From an uncultured delta proteobacterium (GTDB lineage Bacteria > Myxococcota > UBA727 > VGSZ01), in assembly GCA_963775425.1 (NCBI GenBank), contig CAVZJB010000009.1, positions 80,616-144,615 on the forward strand: a stretch of DNA of 64,000 nt, in the 5' to 3' direction. Both the position numbers and the translations under genes were made by a program. Shown one piece after another: positions 1-8,183 of this stretch. The notes beneath the pieces were generated by a model, which did no database searches, was not told where the DNA came from, and saw only the letters and a program-made list of their open reading frames with translations. The first letter of the stretch is position 1; every line of letters starts with the position of its first letter.

Positions 1-1042
1 CGAGGACGTCGTCGAGGCCGGCGCCGGTGGCGGTGCTCATGAAGCCCAGCGGGACGCCGCGCTGCGCGAGGTGGGCTTCGAGCTTCGTCACCCGCGGGTG
101 CGCGCGGGGCTCGTCGAGCAGGTCGATCTTGTTGAGCACCACCACCTCGGGCACCGCCGACAGCGCCGGGTTGAAGCGCGCGAGCTCCGAGCGCAGCGCC
201 TCGTAGCGCGCCACGAGGTCGACGGGCCCCCGGGTCGGGTCGTGCGTCCCGCCGCTGTCGTCGTCGGAAGGGGCGTCGGTGAGCTCGAGGGGCACCTCGA
301 TGAGGTGACACAGGACGCGCACGCGCTCGAGGTGCTTCAAGAAACGCACGCCGAGGCCGGCGCCCTCGGCGGCGCCTTCGATGAGGCCGGGGATGTCGGC
401 GACGACGAAGCTCGCGTGGTCGTCGAACGGCGAGCGCACCACGCCGAGCTGCGGGGCCAGCGTCGTGAAGGGGTAGCTCGCGATCTTCGGGCGCGCCGCG
501 CTCACGCGCGACAGGAACGTCGACTTGCCCGCGTTCGGAAAGCCGAGCAGGCCCACGTCGGCCATGAGCTTGAGCGAGAGCCGGATGCGCCGCTCTTCCC
601 CGGGGAGCCCGGGCTTGGCGAACTCCGGCGCCTGCCGCGACGGCGTGGCGAACCGCGAATTGCCGAAGCCGCCGCTGCCGCCCTTGCACACGACCACGCG
701 CTGGGCGTGGGCCGTGATGTCGGCGAGGAGCTCGCCGGTCTCGACGTCGAGGACCTGGGTGCCGATGGGCACCTTGGCAAGCGCCTCCGTGCCGCCCTCG
801 CCCGCCTGGCGCTTGCCGCGCCCGGGCTGGCCGTTTTTCGCGCGCAGGTGCGGGTTGTAGGTGAAGTCGAGCAGCGAGTGCACGCCTTCGTCGCCGACGA
901 GGACGACGTCGCCGCCGTCGCCGCCGTCGCCGCCCGCGGGTCCGCCGCGGGGCACGTGTGCCTCGCGGCGCCACGCGACTGCGCCGTTGCCGCCGTCCCC
1001 GGCCTTGGCCTGCAGGACGACCTCGTCGATGAAGGAAGACAC
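1..1042 (-). CDS. obg: GTPase Obg/CgtA. Its start is in the window and its C-terminus runs off the 5' edge. The start is a probable GTG near 1042.
   Basis: Reverse-strand translation gives (V/M)[40 protein letters not shown]...[32 protein letters not shown]...[16 protein letters not shown]. This is the Obg N-terminal fold plus G1–G4 motifs. The gene lies immediately downstream of rpmA, as in the conserved rplU–rpmA–obg operon. Confidence 0.85.
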   Translation of the reverse strand, partial: MSSFIDEVVLQAKAGDGGNGAVAWRREAHVPRGGPAGGDGGDGGDVVLVGDEGVHSLLDFTYNPHLRAKNGQPGRGKRQAGEGGTEALAKVPIGTQVLDVETGELLADITAHAQRVVVCKGGSGGFGNSRFATPSRQAPEFAKPGLPGEERRIRLSLKLMADVGLLGFPNAGKSTFLSRVSAARPKIASYPFTTLAPQLGVVRSPFDDHASFVVADIPGLIEGAAEGAGLGVRFLKHLERVRVLCHLIEVPLELTDAPSDDDSGGTHDPTRGPVDLVARYEALRSELARFNPALSAVPEVVVLNKIDLLDEPRAHPRVTKLEAHLAQRGVPLGFMSTATGAGLDDVL

Positions 1043-1049
1043 GTCCCGC

Positions 1050-1307
1050 TCAGGCGGCGGGGACGATGGACACGCGCTTCTTGATCTTCGATTCCTGCTC
1101 GAACTTCACGTGGCCGTCCACGAGGGCGAACAGGGTGTGGTCGCGGCCGACGCCGACGTTCTTGCCCGGGTTCATCTTGGTGCCGCGCTGCCGCACGATG
1201 ACGTTGCCCGCCTTCACGAGCTCGCCGTCGCCGCGCTTCACGCCGAGGTACTTGGGGTTGGAGTCGCGCCCGTTGCGGGTGGACCCTTGGCCTTTTTTAT
1301 GCGCCAT
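1050..1307 (-). CDS. rpmA: 50S ribosomal protein L27
   Basis: [29 protein letters not shown]... is the canonical L27 N-terminus. The ORF is 85 aa. Confidence 0.95.
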   Translation of the reverse strand: MAHKKGQGSTRNGRDSNPKYLGVKRGDGELVKAGNVIVRQRGTKMNPGKNVGVGRDHTLFALVDGHVKFEQESKIKKRVSIVPAA

Positions 1308-1632
1308 GGTGGATCTTCTCGATCTTGATCATCGTCCACCGCTGCCGGTGGCCCTGGTGCTTGATGTAGTCGCCGGGGCGCCGCTTGAGCGGCCAGATCT
1401 TGTCGCCCTTTTTGCCCTGGCCGTCGGACCCGTTGTCGACGACGACCGCCTCGACCCTGGCCCCCGCCACCAGCGGCTGGCCGATGGTGTGCTTGCCCTC
1501 GTTTTCGACGAAGAGCACCTTGTCGAAGGTGAGCTTGTCGCCCTTTTGCTTGCCGGCGATGAGGTCGATGCGATGGGTCTCGCCCTCGGTGACCTTGTGC
1601 TGTCCGGCGCCGGCCGAAATGATCGCGTACAT
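1297..1632 (-). CDS. rplU: 50S ribosomal protein L21
   Basis: [27 protein letters not shown]... is an L21 signature. The gene lies directly upstream of rpmA with an 11-nt overlap. Confidence 0.93.
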   Translation of the reverse strand: MYAIISAGAGQHKVTEGETHRIDLIAGKQKGDKLTFDKVLFVENEGKHTIGQPLVAGARVEAVVVDNGSDGQGKKGDKIWPLKRRPGDYIKHQGHRQRWTMIKIEKIHHGA

Positions 1633-1736
1633 GGCTTACGTCCTGAAGTAGAGGGCGGAGCAAATAGGCCCCTGGCGTCGCTGTCAACCCGGTCGCTCCC
1701 GTGGCCAGGGCGCCCGCGCCCGGATATGCCCGGGGC

Positions 1737-2147
1737 ATGCCGCACATCCGCGCCGTCGACCACATCGCCATCGCCACCGCCGACCTCGAGGAGAGCCTGC
1801 GCTTCTTCCGCGACGCCCTGGGCATCACCTGCGACCACGTCGAGGAGCTCCCCGAGCGCGGCATCAAGGTCGCCATGCTCCCCATCGGCGACACCCGCAT
1901 CGAGCTCGTGACCCCGCTGCGCGAGGGCTCCGAGGTGAGCGCCTTCCTGGACAAGCGCGGCGGGGGCATCCACCACATCGCCCTGCGCACCGACGACGTC
2001 GACGCCGACGCCGCCGCCCTCGAGGGCGCCGGCGTGCGCCTCGCCCAGGCGCCGTCCCCGGGCGCCCACGGCTGCCGCGTGGCCTTCGTGCACCCCAAGG
2101 CCTCGGGCGGCGTGCTGCTCGAGCTGTCGACGCCGCCGAAGGGCTAG
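1737..2147 (+). CDS. Methylmalonyl-CoA epimerase, a glyoxalase/VOC family protein
   Basis: [29 protein letters not shown]...[16 protein letters not shown]... has the VOC fold with Mce-like motifs. The start was chosen at the internal ATG. Confidence 0.7.
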   Translation: MPHIRAVDHIAIATADLEESLRFFRDALGITCDHVEELPERGIKVAMLPIGDTRIELVTPLREGSEVSAFLDKRGGGIHHIALRTDDVDADAAALEGAGVRLAQAPSPGAHGCRVAFVHPKASGGVLLELSTPPKG

Positions 2148-2153
2148 CGGGCG

Positions 2154-3491
2154 TCAGCGGCGGCGCGCGAGGACGTGGGCGACGCGCACGCGCTTCTGGG
2201 AGTCCCCCACCGGGACGACGCCCTCGACGTCGAAGCCCTGCTGCTCGAGCCAGCGCTCGAGCTTCTGGATGTCGTAGCGCCGCGAGTACAGCATGGTGCA
2301 CGCGCGCCGCTCCGACTTGAGCACGAGGTCGTGGCAGAAGTTGAGGGAGCCGGGGACGCGGCAGGTCTCGTCGTCCTCGCGCAGCCAGACGCGGGTGACG
2401 AGCTCCGTCGATCGCCCGCCGCGCGCGACCTCCCAGCGCCGGTAGGGGCCCTCGAGGAGCAGGCGGCGGTTGGCCTCGGGGGCGGTCAGCGCGCCGTCGG
2501 GGGTGAGCGTCATGGTGTAGAGCGGATCGTCCTCGATGCGCTCGAGGCGCGTGGCCACCTCGATCCACAGGAAGTCCCCGGGGCGCACCACCTCGACCAG
2601 GCGCTCCCGGAGCAAGGCCTCCTCGTCGCGCACGTTGCCGAAGACGTTGCCGAGCATCATCACCAGGCGCACGCCGCCGTCGTTCTTCGTCGACGGCAGC
2701 CGGTGCAGGAACGCGAGCCCGCCCTCCTCGAAGTCGGCGCAAAACGGCAGCACCGCCGCCTCGCGCGTGCGCGCGAGCAGGCCGCGGCACGCCTTGGCGC
2801 CCTTGAGCACCAGCGGGATGGACACGTCGACGAGCGCCAGCGACAGCCACGCGAGCTTCTGCTGCGCCCGCTCCTCCTCGGCGAGCAGCGTCTTCAGGAG
2901 CAGCGCCTCCTTCGACGCCTCGCCCGGCCCGAGGGAGACGAGGTCGAGGCCGCGGGCGGCGCCGCGCCGCAGGCCGAGCGCGCGCGCGAGCGGCCCCCTG
3001 GGCCCGTCCTTCGTCGTCTCGAAGAACTGCTGGGCGCACGCCTCGACGCCCGCGAGCCAGCAACCCTGGTCGTAGCCGCCCTTCATCAGGTTCTCCCAGG
3101 CGAGGGCGCCCTGGGGCTCGAAGTAGAGGAAGCGGTGCCCGAGGTAGTCGTAGCTCACGCGGTCGTGGAACTGCCGCTGCAACGACGACGGCGACGCGTC
3201 CTCCTCGATCTCGAGCGCGAGCAGCCCGAGGTCGTGGGCGGCCTCCACCACGCGCGCCCGCTCCTTCAAGGCGTGCACGCGCGCGGCCAGGCCCTCCTTC
3301 ACCGACGCCAGCGTCTGTCCCTTCAGCTCCTGCGACGCCCCGCTCTTCCAGTTGTCGACGTTGTCGACGCTGACGCCCGCGAGGCTCGCCAGGTCGCGAT
3401 CGCTCTCGACGTCGAGCAGGCCGGCGACATGGAGCAGAAGATCCATCACCTGGCTCCGGGCGTCCCTCTGCTTCTTCGTGGCCACGGCCAC
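2154..3491 (-). CDS. EgtD-like SAM-dependent methyltransferase of the L-histidine N-alpha-methyltransferase family, with a ~110-aa N-terminal extension
   Basis: Several blocks resemble EgtD: YFEPQGALAWENL, DLVSLGPGEASKEALLL, FCADFEEG...LVMMLGNVFGN, and VVRPGDFLWIEV. These correspond to the motifs seen in the EgtD Methyltransf_33 domain. Confidence 0.55.
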   Translation of the reverse strand: MAVATKKQRDARSQVMDLLLHVAGLLDVESDRDLASLAGVSVDNVDNWKSGASQELKGQTLASVKEGLAARVHALKERARVVEAAHDLGLLALEIEEDASPSSLQRQFHDRVSYDYLGHRFLYFEPQGALAWENLMKGGYDQGCWLAGVEACAQQFFETTKDGPRGPLARALGLRRGAARGLDLVSLGPGEASKEALLLKTLLAEEERAQQKLAWLSLALVDVSIPLVLKGAKACRGLLARTREAAVLPFCADFEEGGLAFLHRLPSTKNDGGVRLVMMLGNVFGNVRDEEALLRERLVEVVRPGDFLWIEVATRLERIEDDPLYTMTLTPDGALTAPEANRRLLLEGPYRRWEVARGGRSTELVTRVWLREDDETCRVPGSLNFCHDLVLKSERRACTMLYSRRYDIQKLERWLEQQGFDVEGVVPVGDSQKRVRVAHVLARRR

Positions 3492-3747
3492 GGTCTACGG
3501 CCTCGGACGAGGCTTGGCGACGGGGTCCCCGTCGCCACCGCCCGCGGGCGCCCCGGGCCGGGGGCGCGCCCGGCAGTGGTGCCGCGCGACCCAGATGACC
3601 GTGATGTGCGACGCCTCCGTCGTGCTCACCCGGCTCGCCCCGCGCAGGTCGACGATGTCGGCGGTGTTGTCGTCGAGGACGTCGTCGACGGCGTCGAACG
3701 CGCCGGTGCTGACGGCGGCGAACGCGGCGAGGGCCACGGCCAGCACG

Positions 3748-4399
3748 TCACCACCCCCCGCCGGGCGTGCTCACCCCGCCGTGGGTGCCGCCGCCGGCGG
3801 CGCCGCTGCCGCCGCCGGCGCTGGAGCCCGACGACGTCGAGCCGCCCGCGCCGTCGCCGGAGCCGCCGGAGCCGGGGCCGGTGCCGGGGCCGTCGACGCC
3901 GCTGCCGTCGTGCGGGCAGCCGCTCTCGACGCCGTCGGGGCTCTCCTCGTTGGCGGTGTCGCGCGTCCGAAGCGACTCGCAGTACGACGGGCAGACGCAC
4001 ATCCCGCCGTCCTCGCAGTCGCCGTAGCACTTCATGGCGCACGCGGCGGGCAGCGCGCCGAACGCGTCGGTGATGAGGAAGGGCCCGCCGCCGGTCACGT
4101 CGACGCTGGTGGCGCGCCACGCGGCCTGCAGCACCTGATCGAGCTCGTCGCCGCGGCCGGGGCCTTGGATGCGGATGCGATCGGTGGGCAGCGCCGCGGC
4201 CGGATCCTGGAACCGGTAGACGGCGGGGCGCGTGAGAATCGACGACGTAGTGCGCGACCGCGAGGTCGGCGGCGGCGACGTCGACGACGGCGGGGCCCTC
4301 GTCCCCGTGGCGCTCCGCCGCGGGCGCGCCGGCGCCGGCGTCGGGGGCGCCGCACGCAGCGGCGAGGAGAACGAAGGGAAAGAGGGCACGGGAGCTCAT
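3748..4399 (-). CDS. Cys/Gly-rich lipoprotein with an apparent frameshift near 4225–4245
   Basis: A signal peptide with lipobox (MSSRALFPFVLLAAAC) is encoded in one frame. The high-GC3 coding signal then moves to the adjacent frame (…VYRFQDP…CAMKCYGDCEDGGMCVCPSYC…GGSGDGAGG…). The switch lies at a C-run, gcgccccgcc. Confidence 0.4.
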
Positions 4400-4514
4400 C
4401 AACACCTCCACGCGCATCGTGCCCGTCCGGCGGGCGCCGGCGCAGCAGGAGAAGGGAGGGCGCCCCGGGGAAAATCCCGCGCGTCGTCCGGAAAACCGCC
4501 GGCGTCCGTCGGGC

Positions 4515-5057
4515 TCAGGCCGCGACGGCGGGGGCGGCAGCGACGTCCACGGTCTTGCGGGCGCGGGCGCGCGCGAGGTCGTCGCGGTGCTTGTCGGTGC
4601 CCAGGTACTTCTCGCGCGTGCCCATGACCCAGTCGAACAGCGGGTGGGTCACGCACCAGTTCTTGTGCTGGTTGGGGCCCATGTGGTGATCGACGTGCCA
4701 GGGCAGGTGCTCCTTGGCCCACTCGGGATCGACGTGCGCCTTCCTGTGCACGCGGTAGTAGTTCGCCGCCGAGAACCACACGCCGAGCGTGAACCCCGGC
4801 GCCACCGGCAACAGCGGCGCGTGGATGGCGGCGCCGCCGAGGAGCGCCACGATCTCCTTGGTCTTGGGTCCCCAGGTGAGCAGGCTCGCGTGGTAGTCGT
4901 CGTCGAGCATGTCCCGCTTGCGCGCGCTCTGGTGGTGGTCGTGCCAGTGGAACGCCCAGAAGCTCTTCTTGTTCTTGCCGAGCCCGTGCAGCACGTGCTT
5001 GTGGATGACCCACTCCATGGCGTTGGCGTAGACGAGACCGAGGGGAAATCCAATCAT
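4515..5057 (-). CDS. Fatty acid hydroxylase superfamily protein, a small carotene-hydroxylase-like di-iron membrane enzyme
   Basis: It carries the histidine boxes HKHVLHG, HWHDHH, HRKAH and HVDHH. At 180 aa it matches the FA_hydroxylase/CrtZ-like architecture. Confidence 0.55.
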   Translation of the reverse strand: MIGFPLGLVYANAMEWVIHKHVLHGLGKNKKSFWAFHWHDHHQSARKRDMLDDDYHASLLTWGPKTKEIVALLGGAAIHAPLLPVAPGFTLGVWFSAANYYRVHRKAHVDPEWAKEHLPWHVDHHMGPNQHKNWCVTHPLFDWVMGTREKYLGTDKHRDDLARARARKTVDVAAAPAVAA

Positions 5058-5233
5058 GTGACCACCTGGTCACAGTATGTCGCACGCGGCGCCGGGTGGC
5101 AAGCGGATCCGGCCGTTCCGGCCGGCGGGCCGGTGGAACGGCGGGAACGGCCGGCGATCGCGGTGTGATGCCGTGCGGGCGGCGGCACGCGGGCTGCGAA
5201 GGGGAGGGCACCGCGAAACACAAGGAGCCCGCC

Positions 5234-6586
5234 ATGCCCATCGACACCAAGAACCGCCCCTCCCCCTCCCCCGCCCCCGCGACCTCCAGCCCCTCCGCCG
5301 CCGCGCCCGCCGGCGCCGCCGCCGCGCCGCCGACCGACGAGGGCACGGACGTCGACGACATCGCCATGCTCGCCAAGGTCAACAACGGCATCGCCTGGTT
5401 CACCGAGCACGTCTCGCCGCAGGGAATGATCGCCACCACCGCGCACGACGCGTTCGTGTTGTCGCGCGGCGCGCGCGCCGTCGTCGCCGACGTCACCGGC
5501 CTCGACAGCAACGCCCCGCTCACCAAGCTGGCCCCGGGCGAGCGGCGGGTGATGGGCTTCGACGCCCACGTGAGCCCCACCGGCGAGGGCCTCGTCGCCA
5601 CCGCCAAGGCCCGGTTGCAGAGCACGCGCAACGAAGACGGCAGCTACGACGTCCAGGCCGACACCGAATTCGGCGCGGGCGTGAAGGGCGAGATCGGCGA
5701 GGTCGAAGGAGAGATCACCGGCCACGCCGCGCTCCACGTCGAGTTCGACGCCGCGACCCCCGCGGAGGCCGACGAGCGTGCCGAGGACTCGAAGCAGCTC
5801 GCCTCGTCGTTCACCAAGAACCTCATCAGCGGCACCGCCGCCACCGCCGGCGTCGTCCACGGCGACGACGCCAAGCTCCTCGAGCGCGCCAAGCTCGTGA
5901 AGGTCTCCCTCGGCGTCGACACCGAGGGGCTCGTGTCCCTCGGCGAAAACCCCGCGCTCTCCGCGGAGCTGAAGCTCGAGGGCGCCGCCGGCGCCTCCGT
6001 CGCCGTGAAGAACGAGAACGGCAAAAAGACCGCGATCGTCGAGGTGCGCTACGGCGGCGCCGGCGAGGCCGAGCTCGCCGTCGGCGGCGGCGGCGAAGCC
6101 AACAAGCTGCAGGTCGGCGCGCTCAAGGTCGGCGTGGACGCCACCGTCATCCGCCGCGAGGCCTTCGAGCTGCCCGACGACTTCCCGATGAGCCTCGCCG
6201 GCAACCCGCAGGCCGTGATGATGGCCGTGCGCGGCGCGGGCGAGGTCTCCTACGCTGTGGAGGCGGCGGACGACTTCGGGCCCGTGCACGTGCAGGGCGA
6301 GATCGAGGTCGAGGGCGGCCTCGCCGAAGCGCAGAAGGTCGCGTCCGCCCTCGTCCACGGCACCGACACGGACGTCCCCGTCCACGGCGAGATCAAGACG
6401 TTCATCGGCAACGACCCCACGCTCAAGGCGAAGGCCGGCCCGTTCGCGCGTGGCAGCGTCGAGAGCTACAAGCTGCGCCTCGACAGCGAGCGCGAGATCA
6501 ACAGCCTGGAAGACTTGCGAAACCTGCCGAAGCCCGCCGCGCGGAAGGAGCCCGATGTCTCGTCCCTCCGCGTCGTGGGCCGCTAG
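5234..6586 (+). CDS. Hypothetical protein with a Pro/Ala/Ser-rich N-terminus
   Basis: The ORF is long and has high GC3. An AGGAG sits 12 nt upstream of the ATG (acaaggagcccgccATG). I recognise no domain. Confidence 0.5.
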   Translation: MPIDTKNRPSPSPAPATSSPSAAAPAGAAAAPPTDEGTDVDDIAMLAKVNNGIAWFTEHVSPQGMIATTAHDAFVLSRGARAVVADVTGLDSNAPLTKLAPGERRVMGFDAHVSPTGEGLVATAKARLQSTRNEDGSYDVQADTEFGAGVKGEIGEVEGEITGHAALHVEFDAATPAEADERAEDSKQLASSFTKNLISGTAATAGVVHGDDAKLLERAKLVKVSLGVDTEGLVSLGENPALSAELKLEGAAGASVAVKNENGKKTAIVEVRYGGAGEAELAVGGGGEANKLQVGALKVGVDATVIRREAFELPDDFPMSLAGNPQAVMMAVRGAGEVSYAVEAADDFGPVHVQGEIEVEGGLAEAQKVASALVHGTDTDVPVHGEIKTFIGNDPTLKAKAGPFARGSVESYKLRLDSEREINSLEDLRNLPKPAARKEPDVSSLRVVGR

Positions 6587-6647
6587 GAGATCCTGCCGCG
6601 TGCACGACGGCCGCCGTCCGCGCCGGGTGCCCGGCCGGACGGCGGTT

Positions 6648-6657
6648 GCGCATGCGC
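6648..6657. promoter_or_regulatory. Candidate TetR operator, the 10-bp palindrome GCGCATGCGC
   Basis: It is a perfect palindrome about 25 nt upstream of the TetR start. TetR regulators usually bind palindromes in their own promoters. Confidence 0.3.
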
Positions 6658-6680
6658 GCAGATCCGAACATGCAGTCCCC

Positions 6681-7382
6681 GTGACCCTCGCCTCCGCCTC
6701 CTCTCGCAAGAAGAAGGCCCCCATCGCCGACCGGGCCAAGGTGCCGAGCGAGCGCCCGGGCCAGCCGGGCGGGCGGCGCGACACCAACCGGAAGGAGCGC
6801 ACCAAGGCGCTCGCCGACGCCGCCCTCGCGCTCTTCCTCGAGCGCGGCATCGAAGCGGTCACCATCGAGGACATCACGTCCAAGGCGGGCGTGGCCAAGG
6901 GCAGCTTCTACCGGTACTTCGACGACAAGGTCGCGCTTGTCGAGAGCCTGTTCTCGCCGGTGTCCGAGGAGATCGCCCAGACCTTCGAGCGCTCGCTCGA
7001 GCGCATCAAGAGCGCCACCACCAAGGAGGAGGCGTTCTCGAGCTACGAGGTCATCGGCGAGGGGCTCGCGCGCCTCCTCATGAGCCACGCCGACCACGTC
7101 CTGCTCTACCTCCAGGAGAACAAGGCCCCCGCCGGCGGCGCGCGGGGCCCCGCCCGCAAGCTCGCGCAGCTCGTGTCCGCCAAGGCCATCGAGCACACGG
7201 AGCACGCGCGCGAGCACGGGCTCCTGCGCCCGTTCCCCGCCGAGGTCTCCACCCTCGCCGTCATCGGCGCCGCCGAGCGGCTCTTGTTCGCGGTGCTCGC
7301 CGGCGAGCAGGTCGGTGAGCCGCTCGAGATCCCGGGCGCGCTCATCTCGTTGATGCTCGACGGCATTCGAGCTCCCGGATGA
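6681..7382 (+). CDS. TetR/AcrR family transcriptional regulator with a GTG start
   Basis: The N-terminal HTH (RKERTKALADAALALFLERGIEAVTIEDITSKAGVAKGSFYRYFDDK) is the TetR_N signature. Confidence 0.8.
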   Translation: MTLASASSRKKKAPIADRAKVPSERPGQPGGRRDTNRKERTKALADAALALFLERGIEAVTIEDITSKAGVAKGSFYRYFDDKVALVESLFSPVSEEIAQTFERSLERIKSATTKEEAFSSYEVIGEGLARLLMSHADHVLLYLQENKAPAGGARGPARKLAQLVSAKAIEHTEHAREHGLLRPFPAEVSTLAVIGAAERLLFAVLAGEQVGEPLEIPGALISLMLDGIRAPG

Positions 7383-7840
7383 ACGCATCGCGCCGCCGCC
7401 ACGAGCGCTTCAGCGCGGACATCCCGTGCCGGATCTACGTGCCGGGCGGCAAGCGCGGCGAGGTGCGCTTCGAGGCGTTCCTGCGCGTGCGCGACCTGTC
7501 CTTCGGCGGCGCGTTCGTCGAGAGCCAATTCCAGCTCAAGGGAGACCCCGAGATCCACGTCGAGCTTGCGCTCCCCGACGAGAAGGTGCCGGTCAAGGGG
7601 CGCGTGGTGCGCAAGGCCGACGGCGGCATGGGCATCGCCTTCGAAGAGATGCCCACCAAGGCGCGCGCCGCCCTGCTGCGCCACTTCGTGCCCGAGTCGC
7701 ACAAGAGGTTCCACGCGTCGATCAAGGGCCTGGTGCCAAAGCTCGAGGTCGATCGCGTCTCGCTCCTGCTGCACCTGTGGGAGGAGTGGAAGCGCGACGC
7801 CGAGCCCGACGTCAAACCGGCCCGAGGAAGCCGCGGATGA
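7379..7840 (+). CDS. PilZ domain protein, a putative c-di-GMP receptor
   Basis: RRHERFSADIPCRIY…GRVVRKADGGMGIAFEE contains the RxxxR and DxSxxG-like PilZ motifs. Its ATGA start overlaps the TetR stop. Confidence 0.7.
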   Translation: MNASRRRHERFSADIPCRIYVPGGKRGEVRFEAFLRVRDLSFGGAFVESQFQLKGDPEIHVELALPDEKVPVKGRVVRKADGGMGIAFEEMPTKARAALLRHFVPESHKRFHASIKGLVPKLEVDRVSLLLHLWEEWKRDAEPDVKPARGSRG

Positions 7841-8183
7841 CGCCGGGCAGCGCGCGAGTGTCGATGGGCTTGGTCACGTAGCCGTCGCAGCCGGCGGCGC
7901 GGGCGCGCTGTTCGTCACCCTTCATCGCGTACGACGTCACGGCCACGATGGGGATGTCCTTGAAGCGCGCGTCGGCCTTGAGCTTGCGGGTGAGGGTGAG
8001 GCCGTCGACGCCGGGGAGCTGCAGGTCCATGAGGATCACCCGGGGCAGGCGCGCATCGAGCGCGCGCAGGGTCTCGTCGGCGTTGTGCGCGATGTCCAGC
8101 TCGTAGCCCTCCCCGTGCAGCACGAGCTGCAGCAGCTTGACGTTGGTGGGGTTGTCGTCGACGACGAGGATGGGGCCCTTCAT
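7812..8183 (-). CDS. Single-domain response regulator (receiver only)
   Basis: MKGPILVVDDNPTNVKLLQLVL…MDLQLPGVDG…KPI has the receiver-domain Asp pocket and conserved residues. Its start overlaps the stop of the histidine kinase gene. Confidence 0.85.
   Translation of the reverse strand: MKGPILVVDDNPTNVKLLQLVLHGEGYELDIAHNADETLRALDARLPRVILMDLQLPGVDGLTLTRKLKADARFKDIPIVAVTSYAMKGDEQRARAAGCDGYVTKPIDTRALPGVIRGFLGPV

Noticed and set aside
71-1084. 337-aa plus-strand ORF over the obg region
   Set aside because: It is Arg/Ala/Val-rich and antisense to a clear Obg coding frame. Its GC3 pattern belongs to the minus-strand gene.
1864-3063. 399-aa Arg/Gly/Pro-rich minus-strand ORF
   Set aside because: It is an off-frame artifact overlapping the epimerase and EgtD-like genes, with a low-complexity R/G/P/A composition.
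5054-6898. 614-aa minus-strand ORF and 535-aa plus-strand ORF (5077..6684)
   Set aside because: They are antisense or off-frame to the 5234..6586 gene. They contain poly-Arg/Gly runs and no RBS, and GC3 supports the +5234 frame only.
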